64,000 bases of DNA from Clostridia bacterium (GTDB lineage: Bacteria; Bacillota; Clostridia; Christensenellales; Borkfalkiaceae): contig JAAUYR010000039.1 in NCBI GenBank assembly GCA_014805025.1, forward strand, positions 256-64,255. The letters are read 5' to 3'. This document shows positions 17,616-28,090 of this stretch, piece after piece. Below the pieces are notes generated by a model. That model had not been told where the DNA came from. It made no database searches and saw only the letters and a list, made by a program, of their open reading frames with translations. Numbering within the stretch: position 1 is the stretch's first letter; every line of letters begins with the position of its first letter. The position numbers and the translations under genes are program-made.

Positions 17616-20249
17616 TTACTTATTTGTCAAGTTTTTCCGCTTCTTTTTAGAATAAGCGCGAACGCACAGTTTGAACAGCTCGCCAACGGGGATAACCGAA
17701 AGCGACGCGCCGAAAATTATCAGCCACTGCACGGCCGTAGGCTTTACTAGGCCGAACGCGTGGGAAAGCGGACTTACGCACAAAAGCACGTTGAGCACAA
17801 CACCTATTAAAACGGTAATAAGAAGTACTTTGTTTGCAAACATTCCTTTGCCGAAACCCGACTGTCTTTCGGTGCGGATATTGAAGGACTGGAAAAGCTC
17901 CAAAAACGACAGCGTCATAAAGGTCATGGTCGTTGCAACGGTATTTCCCCAGGCCGCAAGCGACGCGCAGAATACCGATATTGTTACCGCCGTCATAAAC
18001 GCGCCGTAAAAGGCAATGGACGTAAGTGAAATTTTCGAGAATAAACTCTTTTCCGCGCGCTCGGGCGGACGGGTCATACAGTCGACGTCCTCTTTTTCCA
18101 TACCGAGCGCTAAGACGGGAAAGCTGTCGGTTATAAGGTTCAGCCATAAAAGCTGCGTTGAAAGCATAAAGTCGAACCTGAACAAAAACAGCGAAGCAAT
18201 AAGTATTGAAAGCACTTCGGCAAGGTTTGTAGACAGGAAAAACTGTATAGTCTTGCGTATGTTTGCGGAAATTCTTCTGCCCTCGCGAACGGCGGAAACT
18301 ATGGTGGTAAAGTTATCGTCGGTGATAACCATATCCGAAGCGCTCTTGGTTACGTCCGTGCCGGTTATACCCATAGCGATGCCTATATCCGCGCTCTTAA
18401 TGCTCGGCGCGTCGTTTATGCCGTCACCCGTCATTGCCGCAACCTTTCCGCGGCGCTGTAAGGCGGTAACTATCATATGTTTATGCTTGGGCGAAACCCT
18501 GGCAAACACGCGGCACTTTTCAATTGCTGCGTCGCGCTCGTCCTCGGGCAAAGCGTCAAGCTCGTCGCCCGTCATAACTTCGCTTTTATCATGTGCGATA
18601 TTCAACTTTTTGGCAATGGAAAACGCCGTACGCACGTGGTCGCCCGTTATCATAACGGTAGCAATTCCGGCGTCCCTGCATTCGTCAACCGCCTCTTTTA
18701 CGCCCGACTTTAAACCGTCGGTCATACCGCAAAGACCTATGAATATCAGCTCGTCTTCCTTGATTTTTCCGTCGTAATTTTTATATGCAAAACCGAGCAC
18801 GCGCAGCGCCTCGTCGGACATTCTGTCGTTTTCGGAAATCACGGCCTTTCTGTCGGTATCGGTCAGCGGTTTAACCCCCGAGGCGGTTAAAATTTTGGTG
18901 CACTTGCCGATTAAAATATCGGGCGCGCCCTTTGTAAAGCAAACGCTCTCCCCACCGATATTTGCGGCAACCGACATCATCTTTCTTTCCGAGGTAAACG
19001 GAAGCTCGTCTACCTTTACAAAATTGCCGTCAAAATTGCATTCGTCGGCATATATCCTTAGGGCAACCTCAGTCGGGTCGCCTAAATAATTACCCTTAGA
19101 GCCCTTTACGCCCGAGCAAACGGTCATACACTGCAAAAGGCGGTCTTCTTTTGCGATTGCCCCCGACATATCCTGCAACGAACGCTGTTTTCCGTCAGAA
19201 TATACCTCTACAACTTTTAGCTTATTCTGCGTGAGCGTACCCGTCTTATCCGAACAGATAACCGAGCAGCCGCCAAGCGTTTCCACCGATTTCAGCTTGC
19301 GGATAACTACGCCTTTTTTGCTCATCTTCTGCACGCCCATTGCCATAATTATGGTAACCACGGCAGGCAGCCCTTCGGGGATAGCCGCAACGGCTATTGC
19401 AACCGAAGTCATAAAGTTTTTTAAAAGTCCGTCGTCGCGCACGCAAAGCCCCATTATGAACACAATTGCGGTTACGGCAAGCACGAACGCAGAGATTATT
19501 TTGCCGAGCTTGTCAAGGCTCTTTTCAAGCGGAGTTTTAGCCGCCTTGCCGCCTTGAAGCATTGCCGCGATTTTGCCCATTTCCGTATTCATACCGACGG
19601 AAGTAACGACTGCCGAGCCGTTACCGCGCACAACGAAAGTAGAGCCGAACAGCGTGTTCGACATATTCGAAAGCGCAATTTTATTGCCGTGAATTCGTTT
19701 AGCGTTTTTCTCGACGCCGGCGCTTTCGCCCGTTAGCGCGGACTCGTCGCACATGAGCGAGTTGCTCTCTAAAACGCGGCAGTCGGCAGGCACAACGTCG
19801 CCCTCTTCCAAAAGAATTATATCGCCTACGGTCAGTTCTTCGCAGGGAATGACGTATTCCTTTTTATCCCTTCTGACTTTGCAGAACGAGGCGGAAAGCT
19901 TTTTAAGGTTTTCAATTGCCTTGTCCGCGCGGTACTGCTGAACCGTGCTGACAATTGCGTTTAAAAAAATTATGGAAAGGATAATAAACGTATCCGTTAA
20001 ATCGTTTTTATCCTTGGAAAGAAAGGCAATAAGCCCTGAAACGGCCGCGGCGACTATCAATAGAATAGTCATAAAGTCCTTGAACTGCGCAAAAAACAGC
20101 TTTATAGGCCCTGCGGTTTTGCCCTTTTCAAGTTCGTTTCTGCCGTATTTTTCAAGCCTTGCGGCGGCTTCCTCGCGCGAAAGTCCGTCGGATGAAGATT
20201 TAAGTTTGCCGAGCGTTTGACCGGCTTCCTCAAAGCAAAAATTATCCAT
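17616..20249 (-). CDS. Cation-translocating P-type ATPase, Ca2+ (PMCA/SERCA-like, P2 type)
   Basis: Motifs DKTGTLT, TGES, MITGD, TGDGINDAP and PEGLP. An AGAGG SD lies 6 nt before ATG 20249. Confidence 0.9.
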   Translation of the reverse strand: MDNFCFEEAGQTLGKLKSSSDGLSREEAAARLEKYGRNELEKGKTAGPIKLFFAQFKDFMTILLIVAAAVSGLIAFLSKDKNDLTDTFIILSIIFLNAIVSTVQQYRADKAIENLKKLSASFCKVRRDKKEYVIPCEELTVGDIILLEEGDVVPADCRVLESNSLMCDESALTGESAGVEKNAKRIHGNKIALSNMSNTLFGSTFVVRGNGSAVVTSVGMNTEMGKIAAMLQGGKAAKTPLEKSLDKLGKIISAFVLAVTAIVFIMGLCVRDDGLLKNFMTSVAIAVAAIPEGLPAVVTIIMAMGVQKMSKKGVVIRKLKSVETLGGCSVICSDKTGTLTQNKLKVVEVYSDGKQRSLQDMSGAIAKEDRLLQCMTVCSGVKGSKGNYLGDPTEVALRIYADECNFDGNFVKVDELPFTSERKMMSVAANIGGESVCFTKGAPDILIGKCTKILTASGVKPLTDTDRKAVISENDRMSDEALRVLGFAYKNYDGKIKEDELIFIGLCGMTDGLKSGVKEAVDECRDAGIATVMITGDHVRTAFSIAKKLNIAHDKSEVMTGDELDALPEDERDAAIEKCRVFARVSPKHKHMIVTALQRRGKVAAMTGDGINDAPSIKSADIGIAMGITGTDVTKSASDMVITDDNFTTIVSAVREGRRISANIRKTIQFFLSTNLAEVLSILIASLFLFRFDFMLSTQLLWLNLITDSFPVLALGMEKEDVDCMTRPPERAEKSLFSKISLTSIAFYGAFMTAVTISVFCASLAAWGNTVATTMTFMTLSFLELFQSFNIRTERQSGFGKGMFANKVLLITVLIGVVLNVLLCVSPLSHAFGLVKPTAVQWLIIFGASLSVIPVGELFKLCVRAYSKKKRKNLTNK

Positions 20250-20302
20250 TGAATACCTCTTAATTAAGGTATTCGGCCAAGCCCTCGTATATGACAAAAC
20301 AA

Positions 20303-20341
20303 AAAGCGGCGCAAAGTGCGTTTGGCACTTTGCGCCGCTTT
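20303..20341 (-). terminator. Terminator after nifU
   Basis: aaagcggcgcaaagtgc / gtttg / gcactttgcgccgcttt. Confidence 0.8.
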
Positions 20342-20343
20342 AA

Positions 20344-20784
20344 TTATTCTTCTTCAAAGTGATGCTCGTCCTCGTCGGTGGGGTCGGGGAACTGCGCTTT
20401 ATCGTAAGCAATACCGTGCTTGTCGTAATAATCTTTTATCGCCGCGCGGATAGCCTCTTCGGCCAGCACCGAGCAGTGCATTTTATGCGCCGGCAGCCCG
20501 TCCAGAGCCTCTGCAACGGCCTTGTTTGTCAGTTCCAGCGCCTCGGAAAGCGGCTTGCCCTTTATAAGCTCGGTCGCCATCGACGACGAAGCAATTGCGC
20601 TGCCGCACCCGAACGTATTGAACTTAACGTCCACTATAATATCGTTTTCTATTTTAAGATAAATCTTCATTATGTCGCCACACTTTGCGTTGCCGACCTC
20701 GCCGATACCGTCGGCATCCTCTATTTTGCCAACGTTGCGCGGATTAGTGAAGTGGTCCATAACCTTTTCGCTGTATAATGCCAT
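20344..20784 (-). CDS. nifU: Fe-S cluster assembly scaffold (NifU/IscU type)
   Basis: NPRNVG, GNAKCGD, FGCGSAIASS and HCSVLA motifs. Confidence 0.9.
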   Translation of the reverse strand: MALYSEKVMDHFTNPRNVGKIEDADGIGEVGNAKCGDIMKIYLKIENDIIVDVKFNTFGCGSAIASSSMATELIKGKPLSEALELTNKAVAEALDGLPAHKMHCSVLAEEAIRAAIKDYYDKHGIAYDKAQFPDPTDEDEHHFEEE

Positions 20785-20798
20785 AATTTTCTCCTAAA

Positions 20799-21992
20799 TT
20801 ATATTAAATGAGGCTTTTCGCCCTTTTCAAGACTTTCCCAAACCGGGGAAATTCCGCGCAGATATTCCACCACACGGGGTACTTCCTTTAAAATCGTATC
20901 AATTTCGTCCTCGGTATTGTACTCCGAAAGCGAGAGCCTCAGCGAGCCGTGCGCAACCTCGTGCGGAAGCCCCAACGCAAGCAGAACGTGCGAGGGGTCT
21001 AACGAACCGGAAGTACAGGCCGAGCCGGACGACGCGCAAATGCCCTTAGCGTCCAAAAGCAGTAATAAACTTTCGCCCTCTATTCCCTCGAAGCAGATAT
21101 TGACGTTGTTCGGAAGTCTTTGTTTTCTGTCGCCGTTTAGCTTGGAATGAGGAACTTTCAAAAGCCCGTCTATGAGCCTGTCCCGAAGCCGTTTTTCTTT
21201 TTCGGAGTTTTTGGTCATATTCGCGCAGGCTTCTTCCAAAGCCGCCGCCATTGCCGCAATGCCGCCGAGGTTTTCCGTACCGGCGCGCCTGCCGCGTTCC
21301 TGAGCGCCGCCCTCAACGAACGTCAAAAGCGGAATTTGTTTTCTGCAATAGACCGCGCCCACACCCTTCGGCCCGTGGAATTTATGCGCCGAAAGCGACA
21401 GCATATCGATATTCTGCGCCTTTACGTCAACGGGAACATGCCCGACCGCCTGAACCGCGTCCGTATGAAAAATTACGCCCTTTTCACGGCAGACCGCGCC
21501 GATTTCGGCTATCGGCAGTATAGTGCCCACCTCGTTATTCGCAAACATAACGGTAACGAGCGCGGTATCGCTGCGGATAGCTTTTTCAACCTCTTTCGCG
21601 GTTATAAGTCCGTCGGGGTGCACGTTTAAATACGTAACTTCAAACCCCTCTTTTTCCAGCTTTTTAAGCGTGTGCAGCACTGCGTGATGCTCGAAAGCCG
21701 TCGTTATTATATGTTTTTTGCCCTTTTTAGCGCCGTTTACCGCCGCCGAGCGTATCGCCTGGTTGTCGCTTTCGCTTCCGCCCGAGGTAAAATAAATTTC
21801 CCGAGGCTCGCAGTTCAAAAGCTTTGCTATTTTCGCCCTTGCCTCATCCAAGTGCTCTTTTGCAACCTGCCCCACCGTGTGCAGCGACGAGGGGTTACCG
21901 TACACCTCTTTTAAATACGGCGTCATAGCGTTTATAGCCGTATCACTCATTGCGGTCGTTGCCGCGTTGTCAACATAAATCGTCTTTGCCAA
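20799..21992 (-). CDS. nifS: Cysteine desulfurase
   Basis: PLP-lysine motif [10 protein letters not shown] and the active-site loop SSGSACTS. Confidence 0.9.
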   Translation of the reverse strand: MAKTIYVDNAATTAMSDTAINAMTPYLKEVYGNPSSLHTVGQVAKEHLDEARAKIAKLLNCEPREIYFTSGGSESDNQAIRSAAVNGAKKGKKHIITTAFEHHAVLHTLKKLEKEGFEVTYLNVHPDGLITAKEVEKAIRSDTALVTVMFANNEVGTILPIAEIGAVCREKGVIFHTDAVQAVGHVPVDVKAQNIDMLSLSAHKFHGPKGVGAVYCRKQIPLLTFVEGGAQERGRRAGTENLGGIAAMAAALEEACANMTKNSEKEKRLRDRLIDGLLKVPHSKLNGDRKQRLPNNVNICFEGIEGESLLLLLDAKGICASSGSACTSGSLDPSHVLLALGLPHEVAHGSLRLSLSEYNTEDEIDTILKEVPRVVEYLRGISPVWESLEKGEKPHLI

Positions 21993-22063
21993 AACTTAAT
22001 TCCTATTTAATTAGTATGATTTTATTATAAAAAACAATTCCTATGTTGTCAATAGGAATTATA

Positions 22064-22456
22064 CTATTTTATTAAATCTTTTAAAGATTTCGAGGTTAAA
22101 AAATTCATTATGACCTCGTCAAGCTCTTTAAACAGCGGAAGCGTATCGCAAGTACCGGCGTTTTCACAGCCGCTTATAAGGCAGGAAACGGGCGCAAGCG
22201 AGCCTTCGCCCGACAAAAGAATTTCGGCAACGGTGTACTCCTCGGCGCGCCTTGCAAGCTTGTAACCGCCGCTTTTGCCGCGCGCGCTTATAACAAGCCC
22301 TGCCTGGGATAGCGACTTTGCCGAGGCTTCGAGATATTTAAGCGATTCCTTTTGCCGCTCGGCAACGTCGGCAAGAGAGATAAACCCTTCGCCCTCGTGC
22401 TTTGCCAAATCTATCATAACTTTAAGGGCGTTTCTGCCCTTGGTCGTAATCATCAT
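22064..22456 (-). CDS. iscR: Rrf2-family transcriptional regulator (IscR-like)
   Basis: A wHTH N-terminus and a three-Cys cluster CLISGCENAGTC. It heads the nifS-nifU operon. Confidence 0.75.
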   Translation of the reverse strand: MMITTKGRNALKVMIDLAKHEGEGFISLADVAERQKESLKYLEASAKSLSQAGLVISARGKSGGYKLARRAEEYTVAEILLSGEGSLAPVSCLISGCENAGTCDTLPLFKELDEVIMNFLTSKSLKDLIK

Positions 22457-22471
22457 AAGAGACTCCTCTCA

Positions 22472-22709
22472 CAAATTTTCTTTGCTATTCTGCGCAAATA
22501 AAATTTCGTGAATTTTAGGGGCTTCTCGCCCCTCGTGCCGCAATATTTAAGGGCACACAAGCGTATAATTTGCACCTTATTATCTGAAACCTTTTACAAT
22601 AAGGTGTGCAAAGCTTCGCTTCGCTCGCGTGCGGCACTTCACCCTCGGCGAGCCGCAAGTATGCGCAAATTGGGGCGCGCTAACGCAAGGAAACCTTGCT
22701 TGCGCAGTT
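22472..22709 (-). repeat. Intergenic repeat element, copy 2 (inverted orientation)
   Basis: The minus-sense 3' module gcgcagaatagcaaagaaaatttg resembles copy 1 at 10582-10604. The 5' module aactgcgcaagcaagg resembles the copy 3 start. Several GC hairpins are present. Confidence 0.45.
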
Positions 22710-22716
22710 AATTATT

Positions 22717-23631
22717 TTAACCGCCTAACTCAATCATTCGCTCGATACATTTAACCGATTGTTGCCTTTCCTGCTCGTCAATAATTATTTCTTCGCCGCC
22801 CTCGCCAAGAATACAGTTTAAAACGTCGGGAAGCGTGGTAATTTTCATATTATGGCACAATAAATCTTTGGAAAGCGGATAAAACCGCTTTTCGGGGCAC
22901 TTATACTGCAAATGCTCTACAATTGCGTTTTCCGTGCCTATTATAAACTCTTTGGCCTCGGAGTTTATTGCAAAATCCATTATCCCAGACGTCGAGCCGA
23001 CGTAGTCTGCAAGCTTTACGACCTCCGGACGGCACTCGGGGTGCACCAAAAACAGCGCGTTCGGGTGCGCGGCTTTTGCTTTAAGCACGTCCGATTTTTC
23101 CATTTTAGCGTGCGTAGGGCAGCCGCCCGACAAAAGCTTGAAGTTCTTTTCGGGAACCTGTTCTTTTACGTAAGTGCCGAGGTTGATATCGGGAATGAAC
23201 AATATGTTCTTTTCGGGCATTGCGCGGCAGATTTTAACCGCGCTTGACGAGGTTACGCAAACGTCGGCTATGGTTTTAAGCTGAGCCGTGGTGTTCACGT
23301 ACGCGACCACCGCGTAATCGGGGTACATTTTTTTGACCTCGGCAATTACCTCTCTATCCATCTGCTCCGCCATAGGACAGCCGGCCTGAGGGTTTGCAAG
23401 ATAAACGCGCTTTTCGGGCGCGAGCATTTTAACCGTTTCCGCCATGAACCGCACGCCGCACATAATAACGGTGCTCTGTTTTGCAGTTTTAGCCTTTAAC
23501 GCAAGTGCGTAGCTGTCGCCCGTGAAATCAGCAACCTCGCAAATATCTTCCGACATATAGCTGTGCGCCAGAATACATATATCGCGCTCGGCTTTGAGCT
23601 TTAAAATTTTCTGTTGTAAATCTTTAACCAT
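22717..23631 (-). CDS. nadA: Quinolinate synthase
   Basis: ILAHSYM, CGVRFMAE and HPEC motifs. Length is 304 aa from MVKDLQQ. Confidence 0.9.
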   Translation of the reverse strand: MVKDLQQKILKLKAERDICILAHSYMSEDICEVADFTGDSYALALKAKTAKQSTVIMCGVRFMAETVKMLAPEKRVYLANPQAGCPMAEQMDREVIAEVKKMYPDYAVVAYVNTTAQLKTIADVCVTSSSAVKICRAMPEKNILFIPDINLGTYVKEQVPEKNFKLLSGGCPTHAKMEKSDVLKAKAAHPNALFLVHPECRPEVVKLADYVGSTSGIMDFAINSEAKEFIIGTENAIVEHLQYKCPEKRFYPLSKDLLCHNMKITTLPDVLNCILGEGGEEIIIDEQERQQSVKCIERMIELGG

Positions 23632-23643
23632 ATAGCTTTTTAG

Positions 23644-23672
23644 ATTATACACGAAAGCTTTTATTTTGTCAA
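23644..23672 (-). promoter_or_regulatory. Consensus promoter TTGACA-17-TATAAT, with the ATG 12 nt after the -10
   Basis: -35 at 23667-23672, -10 at 23644-23649, ATG at 23631, no SD. Confidence 0.65.
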
Positions 23673-23805
23673 ACGTATAAAAAAAGCGGCGGCAAGAACT
23701 CACACGGGGTTAAAACCGACCGAAAATTAATAAACAAAAGATGCAAATTAAGAAACGGTTTTCAGGTCTAAACCGCCGTAAACGCAATATATTACGGGGG
23801 CAATT

Positions 23806-23838
23806 AAGAAGCCGTCCGCTGACAGCGGACGGCTTCTT
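23806..23838 (-). terminator. Terminator of the V-ATPase operon
   Basis: aagaagccgtccgct / gac / agcggacggcttctt, abutting the ntpD stop. Confidence 0.8.
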
Positions 23839-24456
23839 TTAATTATTTTTGACTTTCATTAATCTTACTACTGCTGCTCGCTCGTTTTCGTCGAGCTTTG
23901 ATTTTATAAACTTAATAGTCTCTTCAAGCTGAGGTATCATTACGTATTCAAGCGCATTTACGCGGCGCTTGTTACGCTCGATTTCGTCGGCTAAGAGCCG
24001 CACCGTCTTTTCCGTTTCGGCAAGCTTGACAAGCTTGGGTAAAAGCTTTGCGGCTTTTTCGACCGAATAGTCCGCCTCGCTCGTTATCTCCGAAAACGCA
24101 TAGGGCAACCCCTCGGCACGCTGTTTTTGCACGAGCTCTACCTTGGGCACTTCCACGCCCATTATGCTCGATACGCCGCAGTCCGCCGTTACCGCAACCG
24201 AGGGCAGCGCAAAGGCCGTTTCCGCACGGTACGAGGGAGTAACCGAACGCGCGATGGAAAACTGTTTGAGCGTTTGCGAAAGCTCCTTTTCAACCTCGTC
24301 GCGAAGGCGCTTGTTTTCCTTAATAATTACGGAAAAGCGGCGCACCATTTCGTCCGATTTATCCTTTAAAAGTTTATGTCCGCGCGTGGCGGTTGTAAGC
24401 CGCGCTTTGAGCTTTTTAAGCTCCATTCGCGTGGGGTTTACGTTTAATCTTGCCAT
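23839..24456 (-). CDS. ntpD: V-type ATPase subunit D
   Basis: MARLNVNPTRMEL...LKDK coiled-coil D-subunit sequence. Last gene of the operon. Confidence 0.9.
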   Translation of the reverse strand: MARLNVNPTRMELKKLKARLTTATRGHKLLKDKSDEMVRRFSVIIKENKRLRDEVEKELSQTLKQFSIARSVTPSYRAETAFALPSVAVTADCGVSSIMGVEVPKVELVQKQRAEGLPYAFSEITSEADYSVEKAAKLLPKLVKLAETEKTVRLLADEIERNKRRVNALEYVMIPQLEETIKFIKSKLDENERAAVVRLMKVKNN

Positions 24457-24484
24457 ATCAACCTATTACAAAGTTATCAAGTCA

Positions 24485-24602
24485 AAAACACAGAGAAGCA
24501 AGCAAGACAAGGCGAACGAGGAAAACCCGAAGGAGTTTACTTAAAGGTAAATGACTGAGGGGTGCCGCAGTTCAACGAAGTATTGCGATGCTTATATGTG
24601 TT
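24485..24602 (+). repeat. Intergenic repeat element, copy 3, lying between ntpB and ntpD
   Basis: aaaacacagagaagcaag (24485-24502) is identical to 63983-64000. It contains an ACGAGG motif and the hairpin agtttac/ttaaag/gtaaat. Confidence 0.55.
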
Positions 24603-25970
24603 TTAATTAAGGTATTTATCGATATACGCCTGTCGTATACGTTTCAGTTCACCGACCGGCAGTATTTTCAAAAGCTGCCAGCCCAGAGTAAGCGTATCCT
24701 CGATAGTTCTGTCCGTTTCGAAGCCCTGGCTTATATACAGCTTTTCGAACTCTTCGGCAAACTTTGCATACAGCTTGTCGGTGTCCGAAAGCGCCGCCTC
24801 GCCGAGTATTGCGGAAAGCTCTTTACACTCTTTGCCCCTCGCATATGCCGCAAATAACTGGTTTAAAGTGTCCGCATGGTCCTCGCGAGTTTTGCCCTTG
24901 CCTATGCCCTTATCTTTAAGACGGGAAAGCGACGGCAACACGTCGATAGGCGGATTTATGCCCTTTTTGTAGAGGTCGCGAGAAAGGATAATCTGCCCCT
25001 CCGTTATATAACCGGTAAGGTCGGGTATGGGGTGGGTTTTGTCGTCCTCGGGCATGGTTAAAATGGGTATCTGCGTTATCGAGCCTTCCGAGCCGCGTAT
25101 ACGGCCGGCGCGCTCGTACATAGTCGCAAGGTCGGTATAAAGATAACCAGGATAGCCGCGGCGACCGGGAACTTCGCGGCGCGCTGCGGAAACCTCGCGG
25201 AGAGCTTCCGCGTAGTTGGTTATATCAGTCATAATTACAAGCACGTGCATACCGCACTCGAAAGCGAGGTATTCCGCGCAGGTCAGCGCCATACGGGGCG
25301 TTGAGATACGCTCAACCGCAGGGTCGTTTGCAAGGTTTGTAAACAGCACCGTGCGCTCTATTGCGCCCGTCTTTTTAAAGTCGTTTACAAAGTATTGCGA
25401 CTCCTCAAAGGTTATGCCTATCGCCGCGAAAACTACGGCGAACTTGCTGTCCGTTCCGCGAACCTTAGCCTGCCTTGCTATCTGCGCCGCAAGCTCGGCG
25501 TGAGGCAGACCGCTCATTGAAAACACGGGCAGCTTCTGACCGCGCACAAGCGTATTGAGGCCGTCTATTGCGGAAATGCCCGTCTGAATAAACTCGTCGG
25601 GGTAGTTGCGCGCCGCGGGGTTAATCGGCTCGCCGTTGATATCCAGAACTTTTTCTGGAATAACGGGTGCGCCGCCGTCGCGAGGGTTGCCCATACCGTC
25701 GAATACTCGGCCGAGCATATCGCGCGAAACGGCAAGCTGTTGGCTGTGTCCCGTAAACCGGGCCTTGGACGAGGCTATTTGAAGCCCCTGCGAGTTCTCG
25801 AAAAGCTGAACGACCGCTTTATCGCGGTTAATTTCCAAAACTTTGCCGCGGCGGATATCGCCGTTAGCGCAAACTATATCTACAAGCTCGTTATAAGTTA
25901 CGCCTTCGACGCCGTCAACGACCATAAGAGGGCCTACGACCTCGCGGATGGTTTTGTATTCCTTATACAT
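24603..25970 (-). CDS. ntpB: V-type ATPase subunit B
   Basis: Typical B-subunit sequence ([28 protein letters not shown]). The start overlaps the ntpA end by 8 nt. Confidence 0.95.
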   Translation of the reverse strand: MYKEYKTIREVVGPLMVVDGVEGVTYNELVDIVCANGDIRRGKVLEINRDKAVVQLFENSQGLQIASSKARFTGHSQQLAVSRDMLGRVFDGMGNPRDGGAPVIPEKVLDINGEPINPAARNYPDEFIQTGISAIDGLNTLVRGQKLPVFSMSGLPHAELAAQIARQAKVRGTDSKFAVVFAAIGITFEESQYFVNDFKKTGAIERTVLFTNLANDPAVERISTPRMALTCAEYLAFECGMHVLVIMTDITNYAEALREVSAARREVPGRRGYPGYLYTDLATMYERAGRIRGSEGSITQIPILTMPEDDKTHPIPDLTGYITEGQIILSRDLYKKGINPPIDVLPSLSRLKDKGIGKGKTREDHADTLNQLFAAYARGKECKELSAILGEAALSDTDKLYAKFAEEFEKLYISQGFETDRTIEDTLTLGWQLLKILPVGELKRIRQAYIDKYLN

Positions 25971-27732
25971 TGTCTTCTCCGCCTCCTTGCGCAAGCGCCT
26001 TCATTTCAGCGTTAATAAGTTTTAAAATTTCGTCGAACTCGGCAAGGTTGTCTTCGGTTATGAATTTTGCTCTGCCGATTTTGTCCTTGCAGCTGCATGC
26101 AAGTATATCGTTCAAGCTTGCGTAGTTCAAAAGCGCTTCGCGTGCGCGTGAGTCGAACTCGTAAACAAGCTTCAACATCAAAAACTGTTTTTGCATCGAG
26201 GTATAGGTATCGATATCGTCAAACGCGTTCTGGTGCAGGTAGTCCTCGCGGATAATCTTTGCGGTTTCCATAGTCAGCCTGTCTTTGGAGGACAGCGCGT
26301 CCATACCGACAAGGCGAACAATTTCGTCCAGCGCCGCCTCCTCCTGCAACACCGTCATTATGAACTGGCGGTATTTAAAGAACTGCGCACTTACGTTATC
26401 GTCGAACCAGTCTTTTAATTTATCGGCGTACAGCGAGTAGCTGATGAGCCAGTCAATTGCCGGGAAATGACGCTTGTAAGCAAGCGAAGCCGAAAGCCCC
26501 CAGAAAACCTTTACAATTCTGAGCGTTGCCTGGGAAACGGGTTCGCTCAAATCTCCGCCGGGAGGCGATACCGCGCCGATAGCCGTTACCGAGCCGGTCT
26601 TATTGCCCGAGCCCAGAAGCTTTACAATGCCGGCGCGCTCGTAGAACTCCGCAAGCCTTGACGAAAGGTACGCGGGGTAGCCCTCGTCGCCGGGCATCTC
26701 TTCGAGTCTGCCGCTCATCTCGCGCAAAGCCTCGGCCCAGCGCGACGTGGAGTCGGCCATTATTGCCACGTTGTAGCCCATATCGCGGAAGTACTCCGCA
26801 ATGGTTATACCCGTATATATGCTGGCTTCACGCGCCGCAACGGGCATATCCGAAGTGTTTGCAATAAGCACCGTACGCTTCATTATCGGCTCGCCCGTTT
26901 TGGGGTCTTTAAGCGCCGGGAATTCGTTTAAAACGTCGGTCATTTCGTTGCCGCGCTCGCCGCAGCCGATATAGACTATTATGTCTGCATCCGCCCATTT
27001 TGCGAGCTGGTGCTGAACTACCGTTTTGCCGCTGCCGAACGGGCCGGGAACTGCCGCAACGCCGCCGCGAGCTATGGGGAACAGCGTATCTATTACGCGC
27101 TGACCCGTAACCATGGGCGCGTCGGGCGCAAGCTTTTCTTTATAGGGTCTGCCGCGGCGCACCGGCCATTTGCGGAGCATACTTACGGGGCGCTTGCCCG
27201 AATCCGTCGCGATGATTGCGACCGTATCCTCTATGGTAAATTCGCCCTCGAAAATTTCAAGGACTTTGCCGCGCATACCGTTGGGCACTAAAATTCTGTG
27301 CTCGATAATTTCCGTTTCCTGAACCGTGCCCAAAACGTCGCCCTCGGCAACGCTATCGCCGGCCTTTGCAACGGGCACGAACTTCCACTTTTTGTCGCGG
27401 TCGAGGTTGTTTACCGAAACGCCTCTCGATATTCTCGCGCCGTACTTGAAGTACAGTGTGGTAAGCGGACGCTGTATACCGTCGAATATGCCCTGGATAA
27501 GCCCCGGCGCAAGCTCTACGGAAAGCGGCTCGCCCGTGGACACGACTTCTTCGCCCGGGCCTAAGCCGGAGGTTTCCTCGTAGACCTGAATGGACGCCTT
27601 GTCGCCGCGCAGTTCTATTATTTCACCGATAAGCCCCTTATCCGAAACGCGGACAACGTCGTACATCTTGCTGTCCGCCATATTTTCGGCAATGATAAGC
27701 GGTCCGGAAATTTTTACTGTTTTACCTGCCAT
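25963..27732 (-). CDS. ntpA: V-type ATPase catalytic subunit A
   Basis: Walker A GPFGSGKT and Walker B-region motifs. Length is 589 aa. Confidence 0.95.
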   Translation of the reverse strand: MAGKTVKISGPLIIAENMADSKMYDVVRVSDKGLIGEIIELRGDKASIQVYEETSGLGPGEEVVSTGEPLSVELAPGLIQGIFDGIQRPLTTLYFKYGARISRGVSVNNLDRDKKWKFVPVAKAGDSVAEGDVLGTVQETEIIEHRILVPNGMRGKVLEIFEGEFTIEDTVAIIATDSGKRPVSMLRKWPVRRGRPYKEKLAPDAPMVTGQRVIDTLFPIARGGVAAVPGPFGSGKTVVQHQLAKWADADIIVYIGCGERGNEMTDVLNEFPALKDPKTGEPIMKRTVLIANTSDMPVAAREASIYTGITIAEYFRDMGYNVAIMADSTSRWAEALREMSGRLEEMPGDEGYPAYLSSRLAEFYERAGIVKLLGSGNKTGSVTAIGAVSPPGGDLSEPVSQATLRIVKVFWGLSASLAYKRHFPAIDWLISYSLYADKLKDWFDDNVSAQFFKYRQFIMTVLQEEAALDEIVRLVGMDALSSKDRLTMETAKIIREDYLHQNAFDDIDTYTSMQKQFLMLKLVYEFDSRAREALLNYASLNDILACSCKDKIGRAKFITEDNLAEFDEILKLINAEMKALAQGGGEDNV

Positions 27733-27772
27733 AAGTCCTCCTCATAAAAAACCGCGCTGCGGCCTTTTACGA

Positions 27773-28090
27773 TTAATCGTTAAATAAAATATCCACGCCC
27801 AGGGCGCGTTCCATTGCGTTTTTAAGTAGCTCCGTGCCGTGACCCGTGCTTCCGTTTTTGGAAGGCACGCTTAAAATTACGGGGTAAGGCTCTTCGTCGA
27901 ACCGTTTTAAAAACTCCGATAACGGCCGCGCAAGCTCTTCCGTAAGGAAAATTATTTTGTATTCCTTTGCAATTCGCCGCAATATATCCCTTGCTTTCGC
28001 CTCGTTTTCGGCAGGGAATGCGGCAATGCCGGCCGCCTTGAATACCATTATACTGTCGCCGTCGCCGACGATTGCCATTTTACCTGTCAT
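27773..28090 (-). CDS. ntpG: V-type ATPase subunit F (E. hirae NtpG position)
   Basis: 105 aa with MAIVGDGDSIMVFKAAGI, typical of subunit F. ATGA overlap with the upstream gene. Confidence 0.85.
   Translation of the reverse strand: MTGKMAIVGDGDSIMVFKAAGIAAFPAENEAKARDILRRIAKEYKIIFLTEELARPLSEFLKRFDEEPYPVILSVPSKNGSTGHGTELLKNAMERALGVDILFND

Noticed and set aside
22508-22711. The 67-aa ORF in the nadA-iscR spacer.
   Set aside because: It overlaps the repeat element and its GC hairpins. It has a GTG start, no SD, and Arg/Ala/Ser-rich composition. A non-coding repeat explains it better.
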